A stretch of DNA of 64,000 nt from Schmidtea polychroa (GCA_044892525.1 CM097885.1:225060001-225124000), one strand, 5' to 3'; shown: positions 1 through 14,298, counted from the stretch's first letter. The notes: generated from the letters alone by a model not told the origin. Translations and numbers: made by a program.

Positions 1-235
1 TGCTGAGATTCATTTTTTAAGTAATAACATAAAATATATCAAGCAATTAGAATTCATTTTTTATATATGCGGACATAAAAAAATCTCAACCAGTAATTGA
101 GAGTACTTTTTTAGTGTCGTTTCATTTCATATCGGATTATTTTCTTATGCATTTCAATGTAATAATTTCATAATTTCACAATTAGTATACAACAATTTTT
201 TTTTCTTTAAAGATACAAATTATAAATAAATTAGG

Positions 236-278
236 GCCGCAGCAAATATAAAATCGGGCCGCGGGTTCTGCATGGCTG
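236..278. mobile_element. Right end of a hAT (Buster/Charlie-type) element; the rest runs off the window start
   Basis: GGGCCGC subterminal motifs ending ...GTTCTGCATGGCTG, followed by ATCTAGAG (279-286), an NNNTANNN octamer typical of Buster target sites. Confidence 0.55.
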
Positions 279-1715
279 ATCTAGAGTTTCAACCTTTTAT
301 TGTTGCGACACACTTAACGATTTCAAAATTTTGGGGCACACAAAGAAAAAGATAAGTTTAAAAATTATTTACTTACCTATAACACACTGCCCAATCAAGT
401 TTCTTTATATCTAATTTTGGGAAATAATGAATAATTCTCTAGGCTAATGCTGTCAAATGGTCAATAAAAGTTATTAATATTTTTATAACAGTAAATTTGG
501 GACTGAGCCAAACTTTTCTAAATTGCCTTTCTGAGCTTTATTCTTCTATAAAGTTATTTGTTTTTGAAATCCCACCAGCTTATCGGCTGAGTTTAATATA
601 TTTTCATTAGGTCCTTGTATATTTGAATTTATGTTATTAAAAATAACAAAAATGTCTGATAAGTAAATACACCATGTTTTTTCTTCCAACAAATGAACAA
701 AATTATAATTTTTATCTTGTGTAAAAAACATTTTCATTTCGTCTTTTAATTCCAGTGCACGAGATAAAACTTTTTCCTTACTTCCGTATGCAGTAACAGG
801 GATTCGTATTTGTTATTTTTATGACATTTTTTGAATTTATTTGGAATTATTTTGATATATTATATATTTAAAATTTCGCGGCACAGTGGTTGAGAATCCC
901 CGAGTGGCTCTTAATGTTTTTTGTAGTTTTACAGCCCACCTAATAAACATAAATATTTCAGTGGTCCCCAATCTTGCAATTATATTTTTTATAAAATATC
1001 GATTTTTTAATATTTTACTATTAAAACATAAATTCAACTATTAAAGATACTAACAAAATTTTTAAGTAAAAAAATTTGTATTTTTGTGAAACGCAATATA
1101 TTTTTATATAAAATTTTTAGGTGCAATTGATTTTAAAAATTTTTTTCAAAATAAATTATTTTGTAGAATTTTTTAGGTATGGTTTTATTCACATAATTTG
1201 GCTAATTCTACTGATTAGAAATTACTACTCTAGATCAGAATTTTTCTATTATTTTCGAACAGGAATCTGTAATTGTCACAGAACACCTTGAGTTTTATAG
1301 CATGAAATTTCATCATTTATACATTTATATCAAAATTATAGTTATTTTATAGTTCGAAATCAAAAAAATCTGACTCATTATAAAATTTAATTTTATCAAA
1401 TTTCACTTATTTAAAAATTGTTAAAAAATGTTATTATTTGTAATATTATTCTGCAATATTTTTAATCTCCGTACAACTTAATTTCAATACATAAATTATT
1501 ANNNNNNNNNNNNNNNNNNNNNNNNNNNNNNNNNNNNNNNNNNNNNNNNNNNNNNNNNNNNNNNNNNNNNNNNNNNNNNNNNNNNNNNNNNNNNNNNNNN
1601 NNNNNNNNNNNNNNNNNNNNNNNNNNNNNNNNNNNNNNNNNNNNNNNNNNNNNNNNNNNNNNNNNNNNNNNNNNNNNNNNNNNNNNNNNNNNNNNNNNNN
1701 NNNAAAAAACTTTAG

Positions 1716-4700
1716 GAATCCGCTGTATGCAATTTCTGTTCCCAAATTATTCTTGATCAATTCTATGTTGAGGTTGATGGGCTACTGTGGCATAGCAGTT
1801 GTTTACGATGTAACGCTTGTCAAGTCAGTCTAAGCAACATGAGATCATGTTTTACTAAAAATAAAAAGTTTTGGTGTCGCCAAGATTACGATAAGTGAGT
1901 TGATAATTTTATGTATGTTTATATTATATCTAATATTAAATTATAATAAATTATAATAAATTATATCTAATACCATGAAAAATGTAGGGTGGACAAGTAT
2001 CGGTTGAAAATTACTAATTTTTAACACAATATGGTAAACTAAAAAGTGTAACTTTAGGAAACACGTAGTTTCTTTTCAGTTTTCTTTCTCCTTCAAAGAT
2101 ACAAATACATAATATTTAGGGTTGTACATTGCAGTTGAAACTTGATTTGTTCATCTTTTATTCTGAATGCATTAAGTAATACTCTGTTTCGGTCTCTAAA
2201 TTTATTCTTCAACTCAAAATGTATTTATAACCTATATAAAGAATGATAAATTAAATATAGCAAGACACATTCTGTTTTTCTTATAAAAAACTTCTTACCC
2301 TATCTCAATAATTTTAGATAGTCCGAAATTTTAATTAGATTATTAGTGGATATATAGTGGATGAATTTCTCCTTTAACTTAACTATCGCATTTACAAATA
2401 TGCCATATTCTAATTCATCAAGCCCACTTGGTTTTGGTGATTGGCATTATTTATTCACAAAAACTATTGAAACGACATTTCGATTGCATATTGTAAATTG
2501 CACTCATTTGAAGTAGACTAGTTGAAAGTACCACTTATGAGCAACTGATACGATTTATTGTTGTGGAAAAACAATTTTGTCAATTTTTTAAAGTTTTTAA
2601 ATGTTAACAGAAAAGCGCAATAATAGAGGTAGAAAGGAGTAGTTATCGATATCGATGCGACAAAATAATGCATACTTCATTAAATGGTCATGTAGCGCTT
2701 AAGAATATGTCAACGAAACTGAATTTTGTAAATGGTGTACTGTTAATCCTGTAAATTATTAGTTTTAGAAACAGTTACACGAATATGAATGTCAGTCATC
2801 TTTGTCTAACATCACACAATGGATTCTCTCGACTGATAATAAGAGAAATAGGGGCATGGATGAAGTGGGTGGTGATATCTTTAGATATGGCATGTCTGAG
2901 GGAAAAACCAAAAACAACTAAATGTTTATATTCTGGCGCATGTTTTAATCATACACAGAAATTTAACTGATTACGAGATGGATTTGCCATAAAAATTTTA
3001 TAACCTAATGTGAGATCATTAGGCATCCTTTGCAAAAACTAGTAAATCACAGAATATAAACCTAACTTTCGTCAACATAATTGCAATATATCATAGACTA
3101 TTATTTTCACTTTCACAATAATTTGATATTCGACCCTTGACTACAATAATATAATATTATTACATGTGAATGTCTTATACTTGACATTGTACTATCTCAA
3201 TGAGCTGATATTTGGTTTTTAAAACGTTCAAAATTTGCACATAAGACATATTTTGGAAATTCATGTTGATAAAAACATAAATCAAATTGAAACACCGGCT
3301 TAGATATTAGAAAAATGTAGATGAAATTGTAAAATATTGTGAAGAATTATGAATCAGAAAAATAATGTCAGAAGGCTCATAAAAATGCTTCAAACTGAAA
3401 AACACTCAATGATAATTCGCAAATAATATAATCCAATCAAAATAGATTAACGAAAGCGGCTGCGCAAAATATTTTAATACTGATGTTCTATCCTTCCTAA
3501 AACTGAGATTTTATTCCTGGGCTTTTCTAAATGTTTTCTCATTCAAAGATACAGTTAATTTGTCAAAGAGTGAAATAAACGAAAAATTAAAAAGCTTAGG
3601 GGAAAATTTTTAACCATAGGAAAATGAAAATTTCTTTGAAATGAATCCAAAAATAATGGTTAAACAGAAGTTGCATTGGATGGCATTTGTTACATTTACA
3701 AGGGTTTTTTGAACACATCACTGACCTCGCTATAATATTTACAAAGCCAAAAATTATGCGACATCATATACCTTGAAAATTCACTAAAAACAATTTTATT
3801 TGATATTTAAAAAAACATTAAATAAATTGTGAAAACAAATTTTAAAGAAAATTTTGATTAATAGGCAATTCAAATGTCAAAAATGTTGTGAACCATTAAA
3901 ATCCTCAGACTTGATCATGAGATCTGGAAATTCCGGTTTACCATACCATGTCGGTTGTTTCAGATGCGATCTTTGCAACGTTTTATTATTGGCGGGAGAT
4001 TTCTATGGATGCGTGAACAACCAGCTGTTTTGCAAAAATGATTTTCTCGTTACTCAGCGAGATATGAATAATTGTTCGGAAAATTGGCGATATTCTACCG
4101 AGACAGGATCACTAAATACGACAGATGCGAATGGGAATTTATCCACAGTCATTGATAATCCTCTGTCTGCTCTTTGTCAACTAAATGTCGACGAATATCT
4201 CAGAAATAAAACCTCAACATCTGCAGTTCCATTAATTGATAAAAGCAACCTTTCATCAAAACTTATTTCACAGTCTATAGATGAAAGAAAAAGTATTCCG
4301 TATAATTCTTTGTTGGAAACTGAAAGTCCCAATACTAAAGAATACACCTCACTGACATCGTGTAAGATTATCCCAGAACCAAATTCAAATTATGAAGACC
4401 AAGAACTTTCTGAGGAATCATTACCAGGTAATTACATTTTACGTATATTTGATGTAAGCCTAGGATTTTAAATTCATTTTCAACGACAAATCTTTAATCA
4501 GAATTTTAAGGACCTTTACATTTATACGCTTATTGAAAAAAAGGTTTTTGGAGTAAGAATTTTATTTCTTTATTGAATTCTAAATCTGTTTACATGAAAG
4601 AAATGGTAGTAACAATCAAAGTCACCAACAATTACAAAAATATCCGTACTATTTCTTTTCAATGTTGTTTGACCCTATGCACCATTTTGCCACAACTGTG

Positions 4701-7700
4701 ACTCTATAATATGATTCAGCTGCCTCTTCCTGTAGTAAAACCGTTTTTTCGATAACAAAGAGGTTTGATTTGGCAATAAAGGACTCAAACTTCGTCAACA
4801 ACTCATATAAACATGGTACTCACTATTAAAATTAATTATATCATTACAGATATTAATTATAATGAAATTGTTAATTTGTTTGCAAATTGAAAGACAAAAG
4901 AAGGGCAATATAATATATATTTGGATTTATAGTTCCCAAAAGTTGTAATACTTTCAATTATAAGACTTTGCAGGGCCTATAAAAAGCTAGGTAATACACA
5001 GTATAAAATTTGAATATCAAGAAGACATCATTTTATTAAAAAGCTAGAATAGATCATATGAGTACAAAACATATTTTCCAAATAAAATTCTACTAGTATA
5101 ATACCCTGTCAAGATTGATGGGAAAAGTTAAAATGATAATAAAAATAAAGTTGATTTTTTGTAAATTTTATTTTTAAAATTTTTCTAGTAACTTAAAGTT
5201 AAATTGCCTTATAAACTACATTTTGAATGAATAATTTCTATTTGATCTGACACAAGTACAACAAATAAACAAATTAATGACGGCAATTATATTAATTATA
5301 AACAGGAAAATGTATGCAATAGTGCCACACTGTCAAAAGCACATGAAAATTAAAAGAAAAAGACTAAACAATCCATCCGGATATATCCATTCTTGTCTAA
5401 CTTACAACTCGACACACAACTTCACAATTGTTCATTTTTGACTAATAATACCAACAAACAAAAAATAGCAAATGAGAGAGACGCACAAATTGCTTGTTTA
5501 TAGCAGATTCAATTCGAACTTCACTGATTTTGTTAACTTGAGAATCGGGTATATCATAACAACGCATAATAATTTTATCCATTGGAATACAATTCGACAT
5601 TCTTTCAACTTTAGCTTTCATTATACAAAAAAATCTTTCAAAAACTCTATTAATTTAAATTTTAATCTTTCACAAATCTTTTACAATTTAAAACAATATC
5701 ATCGCAAAATTAGAAAATTACAACTTTAAACAAATTTAATAGAAAAAATCAAAAAATATTTACAAAATCAAAATACCAATTATGATTTAATTTCAAACAA
5801 AACAAACAANNNNNNNNNNNNNNNNNNNNNNNNNNNNNNNNNNNNNNNNNNNNNNNNNNNNNNNNNNNNNNNNNNNNNNNNNNNNNNNNNNNNNNNNNNN
5901 NNNNNNNNNNNNNNNNNNNNNNNNNNNNNNNNNNNNNNNNNNNNTTATAATTATAAATTATTAAAATAATGCATCCTATGTGCTCTTGAAAATTTTTAAA
6001 GAACTCAATGAAGCTGGCATTTGATCAGACTCACCTACCTAATCAATAAAGTCTTGAGAAAAACGAACTCTTGATTAAAACTCCGAGAAAAGAATATCTC
6101 TCGTAAGTTTGACAAATTGGTGTATGTATATCTGAAAACTCAAAATAAAAGAAAAAACGATTGAATAAGTGTTATTGTCGTTCTTCTACTCGTTCAGGTG
6201 TTTTGAAGAGCTCTGTTCACAAGCTCATAAAAACAAATTTATTTTCAGTTGAAGATTTGTAAGATAAATTTTTTTTTATTTCAGTGTAGATAAACAAAAA
6301 AATTTAGTAATTTTATAAGTCGAATCTTATTTATCAAAAGTATGATAATTTATTATAAACTAAAAGATTTTGTCCTCGGAGCACTCACTAAGATAAATTT
6401 AGATTTCCCAATCCCAATAATTACGATGATATTTTCACATTGTCATCACCACTCAATGTCGGCAGTTCTATGTCATATAACACATATATAACCACTCCAC
6501 TATCCGCATCACTTGATCCTTCATGCTTCATTTGATTTCACTCGTTTCAATCATTTTTCTTTAACGCTTTATTTATTAAACTGAAATTATATAAAAGACT
6601 AAATTTGTTTAAATGTTTTCAATCGATATGGCACATTTTTAGCGCAAAGTGTTTCCTATTTTTCTTGATAAATAAAAAAGTGAAAAATAAATTTATTAGT
6701 AATAATAATTACATAGCTACTGTGAAGTAGACTGCGTGATCAATTACTTTGCGTTACGTACGTATTGCAATTTATTTCTCTCGTCCAGTTTGCAATATCG
6801 GATTGATAATGAATAATTAAATAGCCAACCTCCCTAATGAGGATAGCGTGATATTCATTACTTAAAGCTTATAATTATTACCATTTGTTGAAAATCTTAG
6901 TGGCTTAATTTTGTATAGTTTCTAAGTGTTTCGTCAATTTTCTTTTTCACCAATTCAGATAAAATCCACGGAGTTAATCAAATAAAACTTGAAAACACCA
7001 GCTCTCCAAACTCAAATTATGAAGCAGATGAAAAAAATATCGATGAAACCGTCGAGTCTAATGAAATGTCTTCAGAAACAGATATGGGAAAGGAGCTGAT
7101 TGATCATAGCTCGATGCATGAAGCCTCAACTCTCGGAACAGAAGACGATGAAGGAAGTGGTGGATCTTGCTGTGAAAGTGATGACAAAATTGTACTTTCT
7201 ACCAAGCAAGGAATCACCAAAAAAGGCTCAAATAATTTGAGACAAAAAAGAGTTCGAACATCATTTAAGCATCAACAGTTAAGGACAATGAAAGCTTATT
7301 TTTCCATGAATCATAATCCCGATTCGAAAGATCTACGGCAACTTTCTCAAAAAACTGGTTTATCAAAAAGAGTTCTACAGGTAAAAGAATTATTAATAAA
7401 GAATGGAATTAGTAAAACTATTTAATTCTTTTCTGAAAATAAAAAAAATCAAACTTTTATATTTACTGGTATAATATAAAATTAATAAATGATAGGATAT
7501 ACATTTGTTGCAAATTATTGTTCCAAAATAATCGCCGGGCAAAATACAAAAATATTTTTAAAATATTAATAAGACTTTCCCTACTTATAATATATTATAC
7601 TATTTCATGGGAGTGTCTGACAAAAGAATGCGGCCTTTACTGAGAAGTTAGATTTTCTATTGCTTAGAATTTGTTTTTATATGAATCTTTGAAATCACAA

Positions 7701-9374
7701 GTATAAATATATTTGCATTTGCCCTGAATTCACTTCAACTGAACTTTTTTTAAATAAAAATACAAAATAATTTTTAAAATTAATATATCCGATCTTACAT
7801 TGGTCGTTCGAGGGCCGCATTTGGCAATCCCTTATATATAACANNNNNNNNNNNNNNNNNNNNNNNNNNNNNNNNNNNNNNNNNNNNNNNNNNNNNNNNN
7901 NNNNNNNNNNNNNNNNNNNNNNNNNNNNNNNNNNNNNNNNNNNNNNNNNNNNNNNNNNNNNNNNNNNNNNNNNNNNNNNNNNNNNNNNNNNNNNNNNNNN
8001 NNNNNNNNNNNNNNNNNNNNNNNNNNNNNNNNNNNNNNNNNNNNNNNNNNNNNNNNNNNNNNNNNNNNNNNNNNNNNNNNNNNNNNNNNNNNNNNNNNNN
8101 NNNNNNNNNNNNNNNNNNNNNNNNNNNNNNNNNNNNNNNNNNNNNNNNNNNNNNNNNNNNNNNNNNNNNNNNNNNNNNNNNNNNNNNNNNNNNNNNNNNN
8201 NNNNNNNNNNNNNNNNNNNNNNNNNNNNNNNNNNNNNNNNNNNNNNNNNNNNNNNNNNNNNNNNNNNNNNNNNNNNNNNNNNNNNNNNNNNNNNNNNNNN
8301 NNNNNNNNNNNNNNNNNNNNNNNNNNNNNNNNNNNNNNNNNNNNNNNNNNNNNNNNNNNNNNNNNNNNNNNNNNNNNNNNNNNNNNNNNNNNNNNNNNNN
8401 NNNNNNNNNNNNNNNNNNNNNNNNNNNNNNNNNNNNNNNNNNNNNNNNNNNNNNNNNNNNNNNNNNNNNNNNNNNNNNNNNNNNNNNNNNNNNNNNNNNN
8501 NNNNNNNNNNNNNNNGAATTTGTGAGAAATTCTCTTAATTTTTAACGACCTTTTATACATTTCTAATTTTACATAATTTCCTTTATGAACTGAACTGGAC
8601 GTGTTAATAAGAACGTGTACAAAAAGCGTTTAAATAGGAATTGTATCGAAATTTCATGATTTATCTCAGTAGTCGGTGAAATTGAGGCATCGTGTTACTA
8701 CCAAAGATATTTATCCATAATTTGTTCTAAAACAACAGAAAATTAATGATAAATCAGCCACCTCAGACATTTTAATATCGGAAACAATTAAAAAAAATAA
8801 CTAATGATAATTTTATATTGTTAGTAAATTACGATTTTTCCCCCCAATTTAGGTTTGGTTTCAAAATGCGCGCGCAAAATTCCGCCGAAGTCTTTGTCGG
8901 CAAACTGGAGTAATGTGTGGCCCATCTGCCAACCAAATACAAATGCCAAATGTGTTCGATGACACTTCCTTAATCAGTATTGACAAAAATGGCAATTACT
9001 CAACCAAAACCACAATGACAACCTTTAATGACATATCCTCGTCGATTTTGAACCATTCCGTACAGAACAATCATCGACTCTGTTCAATGAACGACATCAA
9101 TTATCAGAATCCAACAACTAATGGATTGTTGCAACAATCGACGATGTCAAGTCTTCGAGACCGATATTTTCCAAATGGTAAACAATCCTTCATTCCTGTA
9201 ACCTCATATTACAATAGCACTATCAATCCCGCCTCCCAAAGTTCTCCGTCTTTATTTTCAATGGATGTTGGAAATTTAGCTGTTAATTTAGGATTGGCTG
9301 AATTTCCCCGTGATACCGGCGATTCGTTCCATTTAACTGAAATAGGAATGGGACAAAAGATCTCGTCAATTTGA
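1716..9374 (+). CDS. lhx2/9: LIM-homeobox transcription factor, Lhx2/9 (apterous) class. Exons 1716-1894, 3865-4427, 6959-7380, 8853-9374; N-terminal exon not located (may lie in the gap at 1502-1703)
   Basis: Exon 1 encodes LIM1 (CNFC...WHSSCLRCNAC...CRQD). Exon 2 encodes LIM2 (CQKC...YHVGCFRCDLC...CKND). The homeodomain QKRVRTSFKHQQLRTMKAYFSMNHNPDSKDLRQLSQKTGLSKRVLQ|VWFQNARAKFRR is split by an intron and matches the Lhx2/9 signature. All three introns are GT-AG with consistent phases (2,1,0). The four exons total 1686 nt. Confidence 0.93.
2400..3480 (+). mobile_element. Possible highly decayed hAT-like transposase remnant in Lhx2/9 intron
   Basis: Only scattered motif-like pieces (SSSPLGFGDWHYL, RQNNAYFIKWSC), with many stops and no termini found. 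Confidence 0.25.
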
Positions 9375-11567
9375 AAGTTTGGTCAATTTGAGAAAATTAT
9401 GACGTCAATTATGATCTCATCAGACGATTTTACTTCGAAATATTTCACACACACACACTCTAAATTATTTGTTGTATACATATTTGAAATACAGAATAAA
9501 TAGTTGATTATGTCTTTTTTTATTTAAATTTAAATAATAATAATATTATTAATAATAATAAACGCCACTTGAACATCACAGACGATATTTTCGACAGGTT
9601 CACAATCAATATCAGATAGGAAAGAAAATAGAAATGTTTGTTTAAACAATTTATAAAAATTAATAAAATATTAATTTTTAAAAAACCTTATTTTTGAACA
9701 TTCATATACAAATCTGAAAATTAAAAATTAAATTTTTTTTAAATTTAATAATTTTATCAACAAATTAATCATTAAATTCTTTTAAAACAAAACATCACTT
9801 GAGTTAAATTAAACATCCTAATTATTTAAACACATACAAAACACAAGTGTTCACAATATTTTGCAAATTTATTTTCCATGAACTACAATATTGTACTTCA
9901 AATATACCAATACAAACGCAAACACACCATATTCTGCATACGCACTACGCATACACACTCTATTGTGCTCCGTAATATTAATCAATCTCTTCGGTCTACA
10001 CTGATCAAAAACTAAAGTACCTAGATGACTGGCAGTCATTTTCATGCATGTGGCATTGTACTCATAATATTTAAATTGATTAACAAGATCCGAAAACAAT
10101 AGTTGTTGTAATATTTAAAATACTTAATAAAATAATTAAAAGTTAAATATATATTATTTACGGCATATACAGTTATTATTATTATCATTTCATATACCAA
10201 CAAATTAAAAAATGGATGCGTTTAAATAAAGTCAATAAATAAAAACACTTAAATAAACATTTTCCAAGAAGACTTGATATTTTCGTTTTACAATAAATAA
10301 AGACAAAATTATAAAGCTCAAGTTAATATGTGGACAAAATTCACTTAAGAACGATTTATCAAAATTTTCCAAACATTGTTATTGAATTCAAAGAGAATTG
10401 TTAAAGTGGAAAGGTTCACATTTGTTTGGAAGCATATGCAATTAAAAGTAGTACGTGGATGTATATTACAGGAATCCCAATGAAGTAACTTTAGTTTTTT
10501 GGTTTCTATTCAAATATATGCACCGGTGCCCACTTGATAATGGAATATTTAGTAAAGCCTTCTAAGTGTAATGGATATTAATACAAATAACAACATAAAC
10601 GTTTGTTGAGTAGCATACACCTAATCCTATTTTTGCGTGGCCTTTTTTACACAATTTTGAAATAACACTAAATAAATATTATATTTATTGATATTTATTA
10701 ATATTTATTATAAATATTTATAAATATTTCAAATTCGTGTAAAAAATTATTAGGTGTATTTATAATTATTATGAATAATTAAGTTCATAAATTATTATAA
10801 ATAATTCGAAAAAGTACACAACTCTTGCTAATGATATTAACTGGAATTTAATACAAATAATTTATATAATATTAACATTAAAGTAAAATTTTCGTGAATA
10901 CAATGGCTTGACGATACCAATACCCGCGATACCAATATTTATCCTATTGCAGCATCCTCCTTTAATATCGTTTCACTTTTAGCGGTCTCCTAATTTTTTT
11001 ATAATGCTGAAAATAAATTCGTTTTCTTGTTAAAACTTTTGTGAAATTTTACTTTAATTTTCGAAAGAAGTTTTCTATTATTTAGTTATTTGTTATCCAT
11101 ATTTGTAAACCTAACTTTTTCAGAAATCAAAAACAAACAATAACTCTATTTGAACATTGTTTCTGTTTTTAGGAACGGTATTATATATAAAATGACATTT
11201 TTACAGTATTTCCCCGAAAATTATACCGGGTCTTATTTTAAATTGCTTACTTTCTTGTTAGGTCTGATTTTCGGAGAAATAAGGTTGATGTTGTAGTTGA
11301 AATATTTTGATTCAATAAATAAAACAAATGGAATTTGTTACGATGCTGAAAAGGTTAAAATTGATAAAAAGAATAGCTGGATTGGAAAGTTTTCAAAAAT
11401 ATTACCCATCTATACTTATTTTTTGTACAATAAATTTCTTATTCAACGTATGAAAAGTAACCGAGTTATTAAGAGCTGAACAAATGGCCATGAAAATATT
11501 AAATTTGTATTAAAAGAAGGTTTGAATATTTAAAAAACAAATATCCAAATTTTATTAAAAATATAAA

Positions 11568-12810
11568 ATGAATATTAAATTTACGTGTGAAGAAGAAAAA
11601 TTGTCTATGATACCGCTTTTGGATTTGCTATCAGACTGAAATACATAGAAAAGCGACTGATAATGGTCTTTATATTACTCCTGAGAGATTTTGTGAATAT
11701 AAATACAAGCGGAATATGGGGAGAGTATTAGTTTTTCGTGCATGGTCTTTATCATCCACGTTTATTAATTCAGTGAAAAGTATTGATTCTCTGGTTTTGT
11801 TGCTTCTTAAAAATGGATATCCTAAATCTTTTCTTGAGCGCATGACAAAAGAGACCGTTGATAAATGGATATTGAATACTCGTGATCCCTGCACAGGTTT
11901 ATCTGAAGGTAATGATCATATTTCTGATGTAGAAGTTAATATGTTGTCATGTTCGGAGGATGAAAAAATCAGATCTAAACACACTGATCAAAAATATGTG
12001 TTGGTATTATCCTTATTCTGAATGTTTCAGAGAATTCAAGCATAAGATTCTTAAACATGTAGACAAGACTATATTTAGGATTGTTTCAAAATCTTGCAAG
12101 GCTGGTAGCATGTTCACTAATAAGTCGTCAACTCCAGTTTGTCTGTGTTAAGAACTCGTGTATCAATTTTCATGTAATGGGTGTAATGCAACATACATTG
12201 GAGAGACTGCCAGTTATCTCTGCACTCGAGTTCTTGAGCATTGCCGACGGAATGGATTGAACCACATTAGTGATCATTTTAGGAAGTGTATCAGTAAAAA
12301 AATGAGTATTACTGATTTTAGGATCTTGTCGAAAAGGTTGAATAATTACTGGGAACAAGTAAAGTGCAAGGCGTTGTTAATTAGATCTTTAAATCCTATA
12401 ATTAATATTCAAAGTGTCCAGTCTACAGGGATTTTGAATAAATTTAAAAACATTTACTCGTATATTTAATATTTGGGATGATGTTGTTGTTTGTTTAATT
12501 TTTTGTATAAAAACAATTTTTAATTTTTAAATTTAAAATAAATTTATTTTTTATTTTAATTTAAAAAACAATTTTTTGAATGAGAATGTTAACAATTTTG
12601 TGCGTTTCTTTTAATTAAAATTTAGATGATTAAATTTTAGATGATTAAATATATGTTTTTTAAAATTTTATTAAAATATCTTTTAGTTTGATACATTTTA
12701 ATTATGATTATTAGTTGTTAATTTGTTTGAATATTATTTTCATTTAGTTGTTATTAATACGATTCCCAGCGTGAAGAAGACTGTTAAACAGTCGAAATAT
12801 ATAGCAATGT
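11568..12810 (+). mobile_element. Penelope-like retroelement copy 1 (5'-truncated): RT C-terminus plus GIY-YIG endonuclease, frameshifted, with 3' tail
   Basis: KFTCEEEK..IPLLDL, TEIHRKATDNGLY, RAWSLSS, then VYQFSCNGCNATYIGET..LCTRVLEH and EALL-like KCKALLIRSLNPIIN. Homologous to copy 2 at 14.5-15.8 kb. Confidence 0.88.
12771..12806 (+). ncRNA. Minimal hammerhead-ribozyme-like motif at the 3' end of the Penelope-like element
   Basis: gTGAAGA-A-GACTGT-TAA-ACAGTC-GAAA-TATATA: core TGAnGA, a 6-bp stem II, GAAA and a palindromic stem III. C3 is replaced by G and stem I is only about 2 bp. Confidence 0.5.
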
Positions 12811-12821
12811 TATATTTTAAT

Positions 12822-13179
12822 TAGGGTTGTTAAACGAAAATCGGAAATCCGATTTTCGATTTTGAAAACGATTATCGGTTTCTTTATTTCACAAAACGAT
12901 AATCGGTTTTGTTTCGGTATATACTATATACAGGGAAAATTACCGAAGAAATTGAAAACAAATTTACTTATATGCTTTAACTTTTTACATAAACAGTCAG
13001 TTCATATTCTCCTTGTGTGTGGTATAAACTTTGAATAAAACTAATTATACTATACACGTGCGTGAATAGTAATAATGTAAGTAGCTTTGGTTATGCAAAG
13101 TGCAAACGATAATCGGTTTAAAATCGGATTTATACAAACGATAATAGGATTGCTCGAAAAACCGATATTAACAACCCTA
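12822..13179. mobile_element. hAT-type MITE, 358 bp
   Basis: TIR TAGGGTTGTTAA / TTAACAACCCTA; 8-bp TSD ATTTTAAT / TTTTTAAT (7 of 8 match); repeated AAAACGAT/AATCGG internal motifs. Confidence 0.8.
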
Positions 13180-14246
13180 TTTTTAATATACTTATTTGGC
13201 GATTTTCTATTACAAAAACTTTGCCTTCGTTCTTTGATTATTTAATTATTTAATCTATTAAATTAATATTAGAGTTATTTTTACTATTTTTTGTCTGGCT
13301 CTGAATTGCCGCTGAAATAACCCTTGGAATAAGATAATAAATTACATGAGTTAATTTTCTTTTTTATCTAATGATTTTACTAAAGAAATTTAGAAATACC
13401 TTGACAATGATTAACAGATTAATTAATTACTCTACAAAGTCTCATTTAAAGTAAATGTCAATGAAATAAATTTACAAAAGTTAATAAAACTACAAAATAA
13501 TTTTCAGAATTCAAGTATTTTATTTTTAATTACAAAATTTTTCACTCCTAAGTCGTATAAGTAAATTCAATTATTTTATATTAAATTAAATTTAATAAAA
13601 AATTAAATTTTTGCATTTTCAAATGATATTTCCAGATTTTCAGAAAATATTTTCCAATGCCCAAAAAATATTTTTTTTACATTTAAATATAAAAACAAAT
13701 AATCCATTTTTATTTAAATCTATTTAGAATTTCAATATTTTTTATTTATTTAACGTGAATTTTTTATTCAGTTTTTTGATTCTGTAAAGAAATGGTGAAG
13801 AAAATTGAAAATGAAAAGATAATGCTGATTTTATCAAATTGGTAATTTGTGATATATAATCTGCAATAAATGTCAAGACCGTTAGCAACTTGAACGCATC
13901 ACTAATTTCTGCACCGAAGATTCATGATATTCTTCATACATTCTCTTAATTTTAAATTAATTTTCAAAAACGTTGAGTTTGACACAGTTTTCCGACCAAA
14001 GAAACAAAATATCATTTTATGCAGTCAACAAATTAGTTAATTCTGGTCATAAAACAAGGAGTTTAGCCGGGTACCCACTCTTTATATTTATCAACATAAA
14101 AATATAACCGATTTACCTGAATAAAAACAGAATAAAATGTAATGTTGCTTGGGGGTTTAAAATATTTTAGGCTACACGACTAAATATTTTACTAAAACAA
14201 GTTATGCAGTGAAATATAAAGAAATTAAATAAAGTGAGAGATTGTT

Positions 14247-14250
<4 letters not shown>

Positions 14251-14293
<43 letters not shown>
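14251..14293. repeat. (TA)n microsatellite
   Basis: Uninterrupted TA run. Others occur at about 40113-40170, 41657-41708 and 52391-52419. Confidence 0.95.

Positions 14294-14298
<5 letters not shown>

Noticed and set aside
1446-8560. ORFs containing long X runs (also 33689-33935 and 48890-49258)
   Set aside because: Artefacts of N gaps.
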